Shown: in pieces, positions 1 through 10,325 of the stretch
How the letters are laid out: every line of letters begins with the position of its first letter
How positions within the stretch are numbered: the stretch's first letter is position 1
Assembly (NCBI GenBank): GCA_964600985.1
Contig: CAZRJR010000001.1
Span: 399,431-463,430 of the forward strand
Origin: an uncultured Candidatus Saccharibacteria bacterium
GTDB lineage: Bacteria; Patescibacteriota; Saccharimonadia; CAILAD01; JADZBC01
Length of the DNA stretch: 64,000 nt
Reading direction: 5' to 3'
Translations under genes and position numbers: made by a program
The notes under the pieces: generated by a model
The model's input: only the letters and a program-made list of their open reading frames with translations
What the model was told of the DNA's origin: nothing
Databases searched by the model: none

Positions 1-1223
1 AGCTCCCGACCCAATACAAAACTCTCAAATCGCTCTATTAGCTCGGGATCTTTGCGGTTCTTTTTGCTAAACGGCGTAGACTCCTTGGGGTAATCAATCA
101 CATGCGTGGGCTGCACGAGCTTCTCCTCGCAGTGCTCTTCGAATAGTATCAGTATCGCTTCTCCGCGGGTTTTGCTATGGAATTCTTTGTCGAGCTTTTC
201 GACCATGCCAAAGAGCTCGTCGTCGCTGAGCGCATCTACATCTAGGTTTGCCAACTCTTTTAGAGCATCTTTGACGCTAATTTGCTTCCATGGCCGAGTA
301 AAGTCGAGTACTTGCCCGCCAGAAGTTACCTTGAGTGAACCGAATAGCTTCATGCATACATGCTCCACCAAACCCTCGAGCAGCTCTATCATGCTCGTAT
401 AGTCCACGTATGCGCGATAAGCCTCGAGCATAGTGAACTCGGGGTTGTGTGTCCGGTCGGTGTTTTCGTTTCTAAAGTTCTTTCCGATTTCATACACCGC
501 CTCCATGCCGCCGGCCAAAAGCTTTTTAAGGTTCTGTTCTGGCGCCACTCGTAGATACATATCCATATCGAGCTTGTGGTGATGCGTAACAAACGGCTTG
601 GCCGCTGCCCCACCGTAAACCACTTGCGTAATTGGTGTTTCTACCTCTAAGTAACCCTGCCCGATCATAAACTCGCGCACCGCCTGGGTCATTAAGAATC
701 GCTTTTTTAGTACAGCGCGACTCTCGGGGTTCATAACCATATCCAGGCTTCGATTGCGATAACGCAACTCTACATCCTTAAGTCCGTGGTATTTATCGGC
801 AATACCCGTTAAAGACTTGGCCAAAATAGTAACGTCTTCTACCCAAACGGAGAGTTCACCTAGCTTTGTTTTAAACACAAAGCCCTTAACGCCAACTATG
901 TCCCCCAGATCGATGTTCTTGGCCAGTTCAAAACTCTCACCGAGCTGATTCTTCTGGAAGAAAAGCTGAACACGGCCGTCTTCGTCAGCGATGTCTGCAA
1001 AAAGCACGCCACCCATACCGCGCTTAAGCATAATACGCCCAGCGATCGCAACATGGCGGTCTGTCTTGTCTTCAGCTTGTAGGGTGGTCTCAAATTCCGC
1101 TTGAATATCAGCAATCTTATCTGACACATCGAAGCTATAAGGATATACCTCTATTCCTTCATCTTTAAGAGCCTGGATTTTTTTTAATTTTTCCGCATTC
1201 GGATCGTCATGTTGTGCTGTCAT
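1..1223 (-). CDS. lysS: lysyl-tRNA synthetase (class II), 3' end truncated by window edge
   Basis: Open frame from ATG at 1223 to position 1 with no stop, not in the ORF track. My translation starts MTAQHDDPNAEKLKKIQALKDEGIEVYPYSFDV and continues FVTHHHKLDMDMYLRVAPEQNLKKLLAGGMEAVYEIGKNFRNENTDRTHNPEFTMLEAY, the class II LysRS anticodon-binding plus catalytic core pattern. Confidence 0.75.
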   Translation of the reverse strand, partial: MTAQHDDPNAEKLKKIQALKDEGIEVYPYSFDVSDKIADIQAEFETTLQAEDKTDRHVAIAGRIMLKRGMGGVLFADIADEDGRVQLFFQKNQLGESFELAKNIDLGDIVGVKGFVFKTKLGELSVWVEDVTILAKSLTGIADKYHGLKDVELRYRNRSLDMVMNPESRAVLKKRFLMTQAVREFMIGQGYLEVETPITQVVYGGAAAKPFVTHHHKLDMDMYLRVAPEQNLKKLLAGGMEAVYEIGKNFRNENTDRTHNPEFTMLEAYRAYVDYTSMIELLEGLVEHVCMKLFGSLKVTSGGQVLDFTRPWKQISVKDALKELANLDVDALSDDELFGMVEKLDKEFHSKTRGEAILILFEEHCEEKLVQPTHVIDYPKESTPFSKKNRKDPELIERFESFVLGRE

Positions 1224-1277
1224 GAGTATATTATACGTTCTTTGCCCTATTTAGATAGAGCGAAGCCGCAAAGTTAG

Positions 1278-1742
1278 CTATTTTACGTCGATAATCTTGT
1301 AGGTCATAGTGCCAGCTGGTACTTCGATCTCAACTTCTTCGCCCTTGGAGCGACCGAGAAGCGCCTGACCAATAGGTGATTCGTTCGAAATGAGCCCCTT
1401 AGATGGATCGGCCTCGGTCGAACCTACAATTCGAAACTCCTGTTTACCACTCTCGAGCTCAACATGCACGGTCGAACCAACGTCCACCTTGCCACCCGTG
1501 CTTTTCTTGATAATCTTAGCTTGCTTGAGGATCGATTCGATCTCAGCTATACGGCCCTCGATGAATACCTGGCGTTCCTTAGCATCATCCCAGCCAGCGT
1601 TTTCGCTCAAATCACCAAGCTCTTTGGCATCCTTAAGTGCCTTAGCAATCTCTTTACGGCCACTCGAAGTAAGCTCGGCAAGTTCTTCTTGCAACTTGCG
1701 GACGCCGTCTTCTGTTAAGTAAAACTCCCGTTTTTTGTTCAT
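1278..1742 (-). CDS. greA: transcription elongation factor GreA
   Basis: 154 aa. N-terminal coiled coil plus C-terminal FKBP-like domain (GDLSENAGWDDAKERQ, EIESIL) typical of GreA. ATG start verified. Confidence 0.9.
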   Translation of the reverse strand: MNKKREFYLTEDGVRKLQEELAELTSSGRKEIAKALKDAKELGDLSENAGWDDAKERQVFIEGRIAEIESILKQAKIIKKSTGGKVDVGSTVHVELESGKQEFRIVGSTEADPSKGLISNESPIGQALLGRSKGEEVEIEVPAGTMTYKIIDVK

Positions 1743-1799
1743 AGTTAATCGTACCCTTACCTTAGTATTAGTTACATCGCTCGAAGCGTTCGTGTGTTC

Positions 1800-1832
1800 T
1801 CAAAAAATAAAAGGACCTCATTTGTCCTTTTG
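1800..1832 (-). terminator. rho-independent terminator after the mreBCD-PBP2 operon (minus strand)
   Basis: Inverted repeat aaaggac/gtccttt (1810-1816 / 1824-1830) with a 7-nt loop. On the minus strand it is followed by UUUUAUUUUUU. Sits between the PBP2 stop (1977) and the greA start (1742). Confidence 0.55.
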
Positions 1833-1976
1833 CCCTCTGTTGGTATCTCGTCTTGTGCTAAGTAGCCTACCAAAACGTCATTCCAAATCATCTGCATGGA
1901 TCGAGCGTTTGTTTTTATTCTCGCATGGCTGTCAATTCCTGTCAATAACTTGTCCCAAGATAGAGCTTATTGCTGG

Positions 1977-3950
1977 CTATTGTCGACCATTAAAATACCA
2001 TTTGAGCACTTCTCGAGCGATTGGGGCTGCCCACTCGGCACCCTCACCTGAGTTCTCTACGAGTACCACCATGGCTATCTGTGGATTCTCGGCTGGCGCA
2101 TAGGCGGTAAACCAAGCATGGGGCTTGGTGCGGGCATTCCTACCATCCAGTCCCGCCGAAGAGGTCTCGGCTGTACCAGTCTTACCCGCCACACTTACTG
2201 GCACCTCGGACTTAATCCGGCAACACGCCGTCCCCTGCAGCACTACCTGCTTCATACCCTGCTGCACGAGTGCAACGTTCTTTGGATCCAAGAAGTTGGC
2301 TGCTGCTACCTCGGGCTTAATATCTCGCACCGTCTTACCCTTACTGTCGACCACCGCTTTAGCCAGGAGAGGTTTGTAGAGCGTGCCGCCATTGGCCACC
2401 GCAGCCGTGGCAGTGACTAGTTGAAGGGGCGTGGCTTGCAAATTTCCCTGGCCAATGGAGATATTGTACGTATCACCCACATACCAGGCCTCGCCAGTTT
2501 GCGCTTTTTTATCACTCGGGTTCGGTAAGTAGCCGGCTGATTCGTTCTTGAGATCAATGCCTGTTTTAGAACCAAAACCAAATTTTTTATACCAGCTTAG
2601 AAGTTTATCTACCCCGAGACCGCGAAAGTTCTCGAATCCACCACCGACTATGTAGTAAAACACGTCCGAGCTCTGCTCGATAGCTCGCACCACATTGACA
2701 ACCCCTAACCCATTGGCATTCCAGCCATTAAAGGTATATACGATCGAGGGATTGAATTTATTTGGCACTTCAATTTTTCCCCTGTCGTTTACTGTGGTAG
2801 AAGCAGTTATGATCTGTTCTTCGAGTGCTGCTAATGAGATAAACGGCTTAATGGTCGATCCAATGGGGTAACGGCCACCTACAGCCTTGTTGAATAAGGG
2901 ATTGCCGGGGTCATTTAAAAGCTTCTGGTAATCTGCCTGACTAATCCCCTTGGCAAAGAGATTATTGTCGTAGGTCGGCCAATTAACCGCACCCAATATT
3001 TGGCCATTGTTAGGATCCATAGCAACTATAGTGCCCCGACTAGCACCGGCTCGTTCTACGCCGGCCTTGAGCTCCTGCTGCATTTTTTGCTCTAAGCCAT
3101 TATCAACTGCCAGTACCAGGCTGTTACCAGCCTTGGCTGGCGTACTGGCCAGCTCTCGAATCTGCCGACCGCCCACATCCACCTCAAGCTGCTGACGACC
3201 ATCCTGGCCACGTAGATCGGCCTCGTATGCCTGCTCTAAGCCCGTTTTACCAATGTAGTCCGTGGGTTGATAGCCTACATTTTTTTGCCATTCTTCGGCC
3301 GATATACGCCCTGTATAGCCTAAGAAGTGCGAGAACGCCCCGCCATCGAGATACTCGCGGGCCGGATTAATGTCGACACTAAAACCAGTGATCTGACGAC
3401 TCTTTTCTTCTATATTTAGCGCCGTATCACGGTCGACGTTTGGCAGAATAAGTATGTTCTGAGGGAAGTATTTACCTTTGGCTTCGGCCTTGGCACGTAT
3501 GTCATCGGGCGATTGTTTAATGAGTGCTCCCACTTGGCTGTAAACCTCGTTGCGAGCTGCTTTATCCTTGGGCACCTGAGCTGGGTTGACCACCAAATCA
3601 AAGCTTGCCAAATTACGAGCCAGCACTTGTTTATTGCGATCGTAAATTGCCCCGCGAGGAGCATGAATAGTTGTCTGGCGAATACGATTCCCGTTTGCCA
3701 GGACCAGATTCTGCTGGCCCTTGGTAATCTGCAAATAGAATAACTGGCCAAGCAGTACGGTAGCCACAATTACCGACACTAGCAAAAATAGCCGAACCAC
3801 ATTGCTCCCTAAGGGCTGCTCGAGCTTACCGGCCTGTTCACTCCCACTCAGTGCTGCCGCCGACCAGTCCTCGCTTTCGGCGACTAATTGCTCACGCTTG
3901 GAGCGTTTAAAGCTGTAGGCACGACTATAAAAGTCGCCAAATATGTTCAT
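1977..3950 (-). CDS. mrdA: penicillin-binding protein 2 (elongasome transpeptidase)
   Basis: 657 aa. N-terminal TM, then STIKP (SxxK), SDV.. (SxN-like) and KTGTA motifs. Lies downstream of mreBCD. Confidence 0.85.
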   Translation of the reverse strand: MNIFGDFYSRAYSFKRSKREQLVAESEDWSAAALSGSEQAGKLEQPLGSNVVRLFLLVSVIVATVLLGQLFYLQITKGQQNLVLANGNRIRQTTIHAPRGAIYDRNKQVLARNLASFDLVVNPAQVPKDKAARNEVYSQVGALIKQSPDDIRAKAEAKGKYFPQNILILPNVDRDTALNIEEKSRQITGFSVDINPAREYLDGGAFSHFLGYTGRISAEEWQKNVGYQPTDYIGKTGLEQAYEADLRGQDGRQQLEVDVGGRQIRELASTPAKAGNSLVLAVDNGLEQKMQQELKAGVERAGASRGTIVAMDPNNGQILGAVNWPTYDNNLFAKGISQADYQKLLNDPGNPLFNKAVGGRYPIGSTIKPFISLAALEEQIITASTTVNDRGKIEVPNKFNPSIVYTFNGWNANGLGVVNVVRAIEQSSDVFYYIVGGGFENFRGLGVDKLLSWYKKFGFGSKTGIDLKNESAGYLPNPSDKKAQTGEAWYVGDTYNISIGQGNLQATPLQLVTATAAVANGGTLYKPLLAKAVVDSKGKTVRDIKPEVAAANFLDPKNVALVQQGMKQVVLQGTACCRIKSEVPVSVAGKTGTAETSSAGLDGRNARTKPHAWFTAYAPAENPQIAMVVLVENSGEGAEWAAPIAREVLKWYFNGRQ

Positions 3951-3987
3951 TCTGAGCTTATCATCCCCTCTCGCTTACACAACCGTT

Positions 3988-4476
3988 TCAACTACTAATA
4001 ATACCACGTTGGCGCAAGTGCATCACGGTCACTATAGCCGCTACCGTGCAGCAATTAAGTATGCTTTCTACCGTGATTCGAGCAAGCATGGGACCCCACT
4101 GTGGTATATACGTCGCAGATAAAAATGCTAGGTGAGCAACCAACGCATAGCACATACTCAACAGCAATGCAGCCAGCACCAACGTGGCAAGCACTACATT
4201 ACGTTGATCCATTTGCCACACAACCTTGAGTACTAAAACCGCCAAGATGTAAAAAGCCATGTTCAGTCCAAACTGCTGGACCGAAGATATATCAAGCAAT
4301 AACCCGCCGCCCAAAGCCATCCACAACAAACGAGTAGTATCAATGGATGTACTCGCCAACACAAGGAATACGAGAAAGAAATTTGGCACCACCCAGAGCA
4401 TGCCACTATGAGCTGGCCAGCTGAGCTGTAGTAATACCACCCCAAAGCTTGTTAGCGCGAGCCAACGCGTCCGCAC
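3988..4476 (-). CDS. mreD: rod shape-determining protein MreD-like membrane protein
   Basis: 162-aa polytopic membrane protein immediately after mreC, with a 1-nt overlap. Position and hydrophobicity fit MreD. Confidence 0.6.
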   Translation of the reverse strand: MRTRWLALTSFGVVLLQLSWPAHSGMLWVVPNFFLVFLVLASTSIDTTRLLWMALGGGLLLDISSVQQFGLNMAFYILAVLVLKVVWQMDQRNVVLATLVLAALLLSMCYALVAHLAFLSATYIPQWGPMLARITVESILNCCTVAAIVTVMHLRQRGIISS

Positions 4477-5300
4477 TACTTTTGCCCCTTCACCACAAAA
4501 ACAAGTTCGAGTTTCGTAAGGTCTATGGCTGGACGAATATTAGCTACCTGGAAAACAGCATCATCCGAGTTATCAATCGACTCTACCGTACCAATAATGA
4601 TTCCCTTTGGAATTATGTCAGAGCCAGCAGTGATCACGGTTTCACCCTTGGTTATTTTTTCGCCCTGAGCAATTTTATCCATACTATAGCCCGTACCGAT
4701 TTGACCCGCCACGATGCCATTAGCCCGACCATCTTGGCCAAGCGCTCGAACCCGAAAGTCAACATCGCTGAGCAAAAATACCCGCGCACTAAAGTCTCGG
4801 ACTTCGTCGACAGTGCCTACCAAAGCTCCATTAGACACCACTGCCATACCCTTGCTAATTCCGCTGGTTTTGCCCACATCAATGCTAAGCGACTTACGAA
4901 TGTTATCGGGCGCATAACCAACCACACGAGCGGGCGCGAGCACCAGTGACTGCCGTGAATTAAAGCCTAATTGAGCACGCAATAGGTCATTCTCGTGGCT
5001 AACCTCGCGCATGTTGGCAAGCTGCTTCTTGAGGTCCTGCACTTGGGTTTCGAGTGCACTGTTCTGACGCGTGAGCGCACCAAGCGAAGTCAAAGTCTCA
5101 ACCTGCTGCCCCACACTACGCGCTACGCCATTAGTAAGCTTGCGGATAGGCAAAAACAACTGGTCGGTTACCGCCTGCAGGGGGCGTAAAAAGCCAATAC
5201 TATTGAGCAAGGTGAGGATCAGTGCCACACCTAGTACAGCAAATACCGCTTGCTTGAGTCGATTTTGCACGGCGGGCGAATTAGCGCGGCGCTTTTTCAT
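4476..5300 (-). CDS. mreC: rod shape-determining protein MreC
   Basis: 274 aa. N-terminal TM, coiled-coil segment and beta-rich C-terminal domain. Located between mreB and mreD. Confidence 0.85.
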   Translation of the reverse strand: MKKRRANSPAVQNRLKQAVFAVLGVALILTLLNSIGFLRPLQAVTDQLFLPIRKLTNGVARSVGQQVETLTSLGALTRQNSALETQVQDLKKQLANMREVSHENDLLRAQLGFNSRQSLVLAPARVVGYAPDNIRKSLSIDVGKTSGISKGMAVVSNGALVGTVDEVRDFSARVFLLSDVDFRVRALGQDGRANGIVAGQIGTGYSMDKIAQGEKITKGETVITAGSDIIPKGIIIGTVESIDNSDDAVFQVANIRPAIDLTKLELVFVVKGQK

Positions 5301-6339
5301 ATTGAGTTGAGACCAATACGTCTCTTAATTCATCGAGGTCTTCTAGAACCAGCCCTGTCCCCCGCACTACGGAGGTAAGCGGGTCATCGGCAATATGCAC
5401 GGGCATTTTGGTCTGCTGGGTTAGGAGTGTATCCAAACCACGCAGAAGCGCACCGCCACCTGCCAAGTAAATGCCTTTGTCCATTATGTCGGCGAGGAGC
5501 TCCGGTGGAGTTTCCTCGATTGTCTGCTTTACTGCATCCACAATCGCCCTCACACTTTTAGCAAGAGCAGCCCGCGCCTGGTCAGAGGTGATAACTACTT
5601 CCTTAGGCAACCCGGTTACTATGTCGCGGCCACGGATTGGCGCCTCCAAACTCTCGGAGGTTTTGCCAGCCGAGCCGATACTAATTTTAATGCGCTCTGC
5701 AGTACGCTCTCCAACTTGCAGACTAAATTCTTCCTTGGCAAAGCTAATAACATCTTCAGTCAGCTCATCACCGGCGATCCGAATAGAGCGCGAGGCCACA
5801 ATGCCACCTAGGCTGATGACTGCCACCTCACTGGTGCCACCACCAATGTCTACGATCATACTACCAGCCGCCTCGTGAATGGGTAGCCCCGAGCCAATTG
5901 CGGCTGCCATAGGCTCTTCAATTAAGAACGCCTGGCGTGCACCAGCGTTGGTAGCGGCGTCCTCTACGGCACGCTTTTCTACCTCCGTAACACCCGAAGG
6001 TATTCCCACCACCACACGTGGCCTCGGGAAAAGTGCGAAGCTTTCCTTGTGCACCTTCTCTATAAAATACTTGAGCATCTGCTCGGTGATCTCAAAATCA
6101 CTTACCACCCCGTCGACCAGTGGCCTTGAAGCCACAATGTTAGCTGGAGTTTTACCCACCATACGCTTAGCCTCGTCACCAATCGCCAGAATTTGCTTAG
6201 TCTTGGTATTAATAGCCACTACCGAAGGTTCATTAATCATGATGCCCTTACCGCGCACGTATACGAGGGTATTAGCAGTACCCAAATCGATACCAATATC
6301 ATGCGAGAACTTGCCAAGGAGGTTGCTAAAAATTGCCAT
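5281..6339 (-). CDS. mreB: actin-like rod shape-determining protein MreB
   Basis: 352 aa. Starts GIDLGTANTLVYV and continues with the further actin/Hsp70-fold phosphate-binding motifs. ATG verified, GGAAG about 6 nt upstream. Confidence 0.95.
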   Translation of the reverse strand: MAIFSNLLGKFSHDIGIDLGTANTLVYVRGKGIMINEPSVVAINTKTKQILAIGDEAKRMVGKTPANIVASRPLVDGVVSDFEITEQMLKYFIEKVHKESFALFPRPRVVVGIPSGVTEVEKRAVEDAATNAGARQAFLIEEPMAAAIGSGLPIHEAAGSMIVDIGGGTSEVAVISLGGIVASRSIRIAGDELTEDVISFAKEEFSLQVGERTAERIKISIGSAGKTSESLEAPIRGRDIVTGLPKEVVITSDQARAALAKSVRAIVDAVKQTIEETPPELLADIMDKGIYLAGGGALLRGLDTLLTQQTKMPVHIADDPLTSVVRGTGLVLEDLDELRDVLVSTQYEKAPR

Positions 6340-6424
6340 TACTTCCAGTGTACCAAGCGAGAGCTAGTACGGGCAAGGCAAAAAGCTGGTGGTTTTTGTT
6401 AAATGCAAGTTGAATAGTCCACGC

Positions 6425-7504
6425 TTAGCGCAGGCGCATAATATCGGCTACCGATACGGCAATCATAAGTGCAATGAGTGCTACGAAGCCGACTGCATGG
6501 ACTAAGGTCTCGACCTTGTCCGTAACCTTTACGCCGGCTCGTTGCATGAGCACAATCAGAAGCCGACCGCCATCGAGAGCTGGCAACGGCAGAGCGTTAA
6601 TAATGGCTAAGGAAAGCGAAATCGAAGCCACGAGTCCCAAGACATAACCAAGTCCATAACGAAATACCTGACTAAATACCACGGTAATACCAATAGGGCC
6701 AGTTACTGTTTGTGACACCTCGGCCTTGGTAAATATGCCAATTATAAGACCGCCGAAGGCCGCCAGCGTCATCCAGATCATCTGTAGGATTACTCCTACT
6801 GCTACAAGTGGCGCGTAGTACCATGGGTAACGCTGAAGAGTCTCAGGCACCGTCGACACGCCAAGGAGGGCTTTAGTACTATCCTTTGCCGGCAGAACAA
6901 TCACCAGCCTCTTAGGAGTATCACCTTGTTTGAGCACAATAGCTGCCTGCTTACCAGCCATAGCATTAATGCGCCCACGTAACTGTTCGGGCGAGCTCAC
7001 TGTTTGGCCATCTATACTTATGATTCGGTTGCCTGTTTGTATATTATTGCGTTCGGCTAAGCTACCCTTTTGCACCTCCACCACCATCAGGCTCGTACTG
7101 CCAGTCGATGGTTTTATGGGCCCAATGCTCGGGAGTGAGTTGGTAAACACCGGCGGGGCACCGACCACAAGCAATCCCGTGATAATTACGTAAGCAATGA
7201 GTAGATTCATGGTTACACCTGCCAGCAGGATCTTGGTCTTAACCCATGTTCCCTGAGTAGCGAAGCTATCGCTCGCTCGCGATTCGCCCTGTTCCCCCTT
7301 GAGTCGTACAAAGCCCCCTAGTGGCAGCGCGTTTATACTGTAGAGCGTCTTACCCTTCTGCACACCCCATAGCCTTGGTGGAAAACCGATGCCGAACTCA
7401 TCTACCTGTACGCCATTGCGACGGGCGGTGATAAAATGACCAAACTCATGAGCGATAATTAAGAATGAAAACAGCAGTACTACTAGTATGATCGTAATGA
7501 TCAC
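6425..7504 (-). CDS. rseP: site-2 protease RseP (M50 zinc metalloprotease with PDZ domain)
   Basis: 359 aa. HEFGH zinc motif, internal PDZ domain, LDGG motif near the C-terminus. GTG start overlaps the uppS stop by 1 nt. Confidence 0.85.
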   Translation of the reverse strand: MIITIILVVLLFSFLIIAHEFGHFITARRNGVQVDEFGIGFPPRLWGVQKGKTLYSINALPLGGFVRLKGEQGESRASDSFATQGTWVKTKILLAGVTMNLLIAYVIITGLLVVGAPPVFTNSLPSIGPIKPSTGSTSLMVVEVQKGSLAERNNIQTGNRIISIDGQTVSSPEQLRGRINAMAGKQAAIVLKQGDTPKRLVIVLPAKDSTKALLGVSTVPETLQRYPWYYAPLVAVGVILQMIWMTLAAFGGLIIGIFTKAEVSQTVTGPIGITVVFSQVFRYGLGYVLGLVASISLSLAIINALPLPALDGGRLLIVLMQRAGVKVTDKVETLVHAVGFVALIALMIAVSVADIMRLR

Positions 7505-8205
7505 TAGGCACCAAACCTTCGCTGACGCTGAGCATACTCACTAAGCAATCGGTCCAGGGCTGACTCGTCAAATTCGGGCCACTTTTCGGGCACAAACATG
7601 AGTTCGGCGTAGGCACTATCCCATAGTAAGAAGTTACTTAGCCGCTGCTCGCCCGAAGTTCGCACTACCATATCGACTGGTGGCAGGTCGGCTGTATACA
7701 AGTGACGCTTAATAGTTTGCTCGTTTATAATGTCAGCCTCTACGCCTTCAGCCACTATACTGCGCACCGCTTGCACTATTTCTTCTTGGCCGCCATAGTT
7801 TAGGCAGATGTTGACCGTGCCACCAGTGTTATTCTGGGTTTTATCTTGAATTTTGTCGAGACTGGCGCTTAACTTCGCGCTAAGTCGATCACGAGAACCG
7901 GACACTATAATCTTAATATTGTCAGCCATAGCGTCTTTAAGCTCTAGCCCCGCCAGGCGTAAGTATAGCTCCATAAGGTATTGAACTTCATCACTTGTGC
8001 GGTTCCAGTTCTCGGTCGAAAAGCCATAGATCGACATCACGGGGATTCCAGCCTTGAACACCGCGCGCGAGATCAGCTTAGCGACGTCTCCGCCCTTTTT
8101 ATGGCCTTCGAGACTCGATAAACCCTGTTGTTTGGCCCAACGACGGTTACCATCGGGTATAAATGCTATATGTTTCGGTAGATGCTCGTGCATGGGAGTC
8201 TCCAT
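7504..8205 (-). CDS. uppS: isoprenyl transferase (undecaprenyl-diphosphate synthase)
   Basis: 233 aa. HIAFIPDGNRRWA and a C-terminal RFG motif typical of cis-prenyltransferases. Confidence 0.9.
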   Translation of the reverse strand: METPMHEHLPKHIAFIPDGNRRWAKQQGLSSLEGHKKGGDVAKLISRAVFKAGIPVMSIYGFSTENWNRTSDEVQYLMELYLRLAGLELKDAMADNIKIIVSGSRDRLSAKLSASLDKIQDKTQNNTGGTVNICLNYGGQEEIVQAVRSIVAEGVEADIINEQTIKRHLYTADLPPVDMVVRTSGEQRLSNFLLWDSAYAELMFVPEKWPEFDESALDRLLSEYAQRQRRFGA

Positions 8206-8211
8206 ACAGGT

Positions 8212-8772
8212 CTACACCACCATTATTTCTTTTTGCTTGGCCTCTAGGATTGTCTGGGCAGCTGATTGATACTTTTCGATGAGCTTATTGAGCCGTTGCT
8301 CGACAGCGTATAGGTCGTCTTCGGTAATTTCTTTGGTATTCTTGCGCTTCTTAGCGTCATCCATGCCCTCATGGCGAGCACTACGCAGTGATACATTGCA
8401 CTCCTCGAGCTTAGAATTAAGCGACTTAGCAAGCTCCGTACGACGCTCTTCGGTCAGGGCAGGCACATTAAGTCGGATTACGTTGCCGTCGTTAGATGGG
8501 TTAAGACCCAGGCTTTGATTCTCGCGAATTGCCTTTTCTATACTTGGCATGGTGGTTTTATCCCATGGCTGAATCATTATAGTGCGAGCGTCGGGTGTGG
8601 ATACGGTCGCCAGCTGCTTAAGCACCATTTCCTGTCCATATACCTCTACCTTGAGTGTATCTACCAAGCCTACTTGGGCCCGGCCACCGCGAATCTGGCC
8701 AAGTTCCTCCTCGAAGTAATGCAGGCTTTTCTTCATTTTCTCCTCTACGGAGCCTAGGATCTGATCTATCAT
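8212..8772 (-). CDS. frr: ribosome recycling factor
   Basis: 186 aa with the full-length RRF pattern (MIDQILGSVEEKMKKSLHYFEEEL...). Confidence 0.95.
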   Translation of the reverse strand: MIDQILGSVEEKMKKSLHYFEEELGQIRGGRAQVGLVDTLKVEVYGQEMVLKQLATVSTPDARTIMIQPWDKTTMPSIEKAIRENQSLGLNPSNDGNVIRLNVPALTEERRTELAKSLNSKLEECNVSLRSARHEGMDDAKKRKNTKEITEDDLYAVEQRLNKLIEKYQSAAQTILEAKQKEIMVV

Positions 8773-8818
8773 ATTACCCCCAATTATAGCACAGCGCTGT
8801 GTGCCAACTAGTTATTGG

Positions 8819-9409
8819 TTACGCGCCCAGCTCCATACGTTCAAAACGGCGAATACTAATGTTTTCACCCAGTTTACCAATTAGCTGTTTAAGGAGCATC
8901 TCAATGGTGCTATCTGGGTCCTTTACAAACGGTTGTTCGAGCAAGCAAATGCTAGCATAAAACTTGTTCATTTTGCCTTCTACGATCTTGGCGCTATGCT
9001 CGGCCGGCTTACCACTTGCAGCTACTTCGGCTTCAAGCACCTTAGACTCTTTGGCACTTACCTCGGCTGGCACCGCTGCGCGGTCTAGATACTGTGGGTT
9101 GGCAGCTGCTATGTGAATAGCCACATCGTGCACAAAAGTTTTAAACTCATCAGTGCGAGCCACAAAGTCAGTCTCACAAGCCACTTCCACAAGCACACCG
9201 ATCTTACCGCCATGCACGTACGATTCAATCACGCCGTTTTCGGTAGCACGGTCGGCTTTTTTTTCGGCTTTGGCCATACCCTTAACACGCATAAGTTCTA
9301 TCGCTTTGTCCATGTTGCCATTGGCTTCTTCGAGCACCTTCTTGGCATCCATCATGCCAGCACCAGTCATTTGGCGAAGTGATTTTATATCTTCTATACT
9401 AATTGGCAT
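8819..9409 (-). CDS. tsf: elongation factor Ts
   Basis: Start reassigned to ATG 9409 (MPISIEDIKSLRQMTGAGMMDAKK, the canonical EF-Ts N-terminus). GGAGG lies 7 nt upstream inside the rpsB 3' end. Overlaps rpsB by 11 nt. Confidence 0.9.
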   Translation of the reverse strand: MPISIEDIKSLRQMTGAGMMDAKKVLEEANGNMDKAIELMRVKGMAKAEKKADRATENGVIESYVHGGKIGVLVEVACETDFVARTDEFKTFVHDVAIHIAAANPQYLDRAAVPAEVSAKESKVLEAEVAASGKPAEHSAKIVEGKMNKFYASICLLEQPFVKDPDSTIEMLLKQLIGKLGENISIRRFERMELGA

Positions 9410-10190
9410 CTGATTCCTCCATAGCGTTAGCTTCTGTATCAACCTTATTTTCGGCAGTCTTAGCATTGTAGAGCGCTGCGCCAGACTTAGCCGCTTCAGC
9501 AATCTTACCGGCAATTAGCGCAACGGCTCGCAGAGCGTCGTCGTTAGCTGGAATCACGTAATCAGCTTTGTCAGGGTCAGCATTAGTATCAGTCATGGCA
9601 ATTACTGGAATTCCCAGGGTGCGAGCTTCCTTCATAGCAATCTCTTCGCGCGGCATGTCGACTACAAATATAGCCTTTGGTAAGCCACGCATTTCACGAA
9701 TCCCGCCAAAGATCTTGTTGAGCCGCTCAATCTCGTTGGTAATGTCGAGGCGCTCTTTTTTAGTAAGTGAGTCTAAGCTACCGTCGGTCTGCTGAGCCTC
9801 TAAGCGCTTTAGGCGCTGTATGCGAGTATTAATGGTCTCATGGTTAGTAAGCATACCACCGAGCCAACGCTGGGTTACGTAGGGCATGCCAGCGTCCTTA
9901 GCCGTGCTTTCGATTATTGCTTTGGCCTGGCGCTTAGTGCCCACAAACAACACCTCGCCACCTTCCTGAGTGATCTTGGCCACAAAGTCGGTAGCACGCC
10001 TAAGGCCCTCCGCTGTTTTGGTTAGGTCAATTATGTGTACGCCGCCACGGGCGCCAAATATGTATTGGCTCATTTTAGGGTTCCACCGACTCGTGCGGTG
10101 GCCAAAGTGAGCACCGGCCTGGAGTAGTTCGGCTAGAATCGGGTCGTTAGCGGTTGGTTTGGTAGCCTTGGGGGATGATTTTGTGGGCAT
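9399..10190 (-). CDS. rpsB: 30S ribosomal protein S2
   Basis: 263 aa. LLQAGAHFGHRTSRWNPKM... S2 signature followed by an acidic C-terminal tail. AAGGAG RBS, ATG verified. Confidence 0.95.
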   Translation of the reverse strand: MPTKSSPKATKPTANDPILAELLQAGAHFGHRTSRWNPKMSQYIFGARGGVHIIDLTKTAEGLRRATDFVAKITQEGGEVLFVGTKRQAKAIIESTAKDAGMPYVTQRWLGGMLTNHETINTRIQRLKRLEAQQTDGSLDSLTKKERLDITNEIERLNKIFGGIREMRGLPKAIFVVDMPREEIAMKEARTLGIPVIAMTDTNADPDKADYVIPANDDALRAVALIAGKIAEAAKSGAALYNAKTAENKVDTEANAMEESDAN

Positions 10191-10294
10191 ATGTTCTCCT
10201 TATACCTGGCACCGACGTGATCGCGCTTTCAAACTTATATTGCAAACGCGACAGGATTACTTGTATCGGTGTGTGAATTTATTATTACCGAGAG

Positions 10295-10323
10295 ATTGTA
10301 CCAAACTTAAGCTTGGCAGTCAA
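10295..10323 (-). promoter_or_regulatory. sigma70-type promoter of the rpsB-tsf-frr-uppS-rseP operon
   Basis: Minus strand TTGACT(10323-10318)-N17-TACAAT(10300-10295). It is followed by a leader of about 100 nt ending in AAGGAG. Confidence 0.55.
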
Positions 10324-10325
10324 CG

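Noticed and set aside
1390-1722. + strand ORFs inside greA
   Set aside because: Antisense to a well-conserved GreA coding sequence.
8790-8801. CACAGCGCTGTG palindrome between frr and tsf
   Set aside because: Only a 4-bp stem in RNA and no U-tract. Probably incidental.
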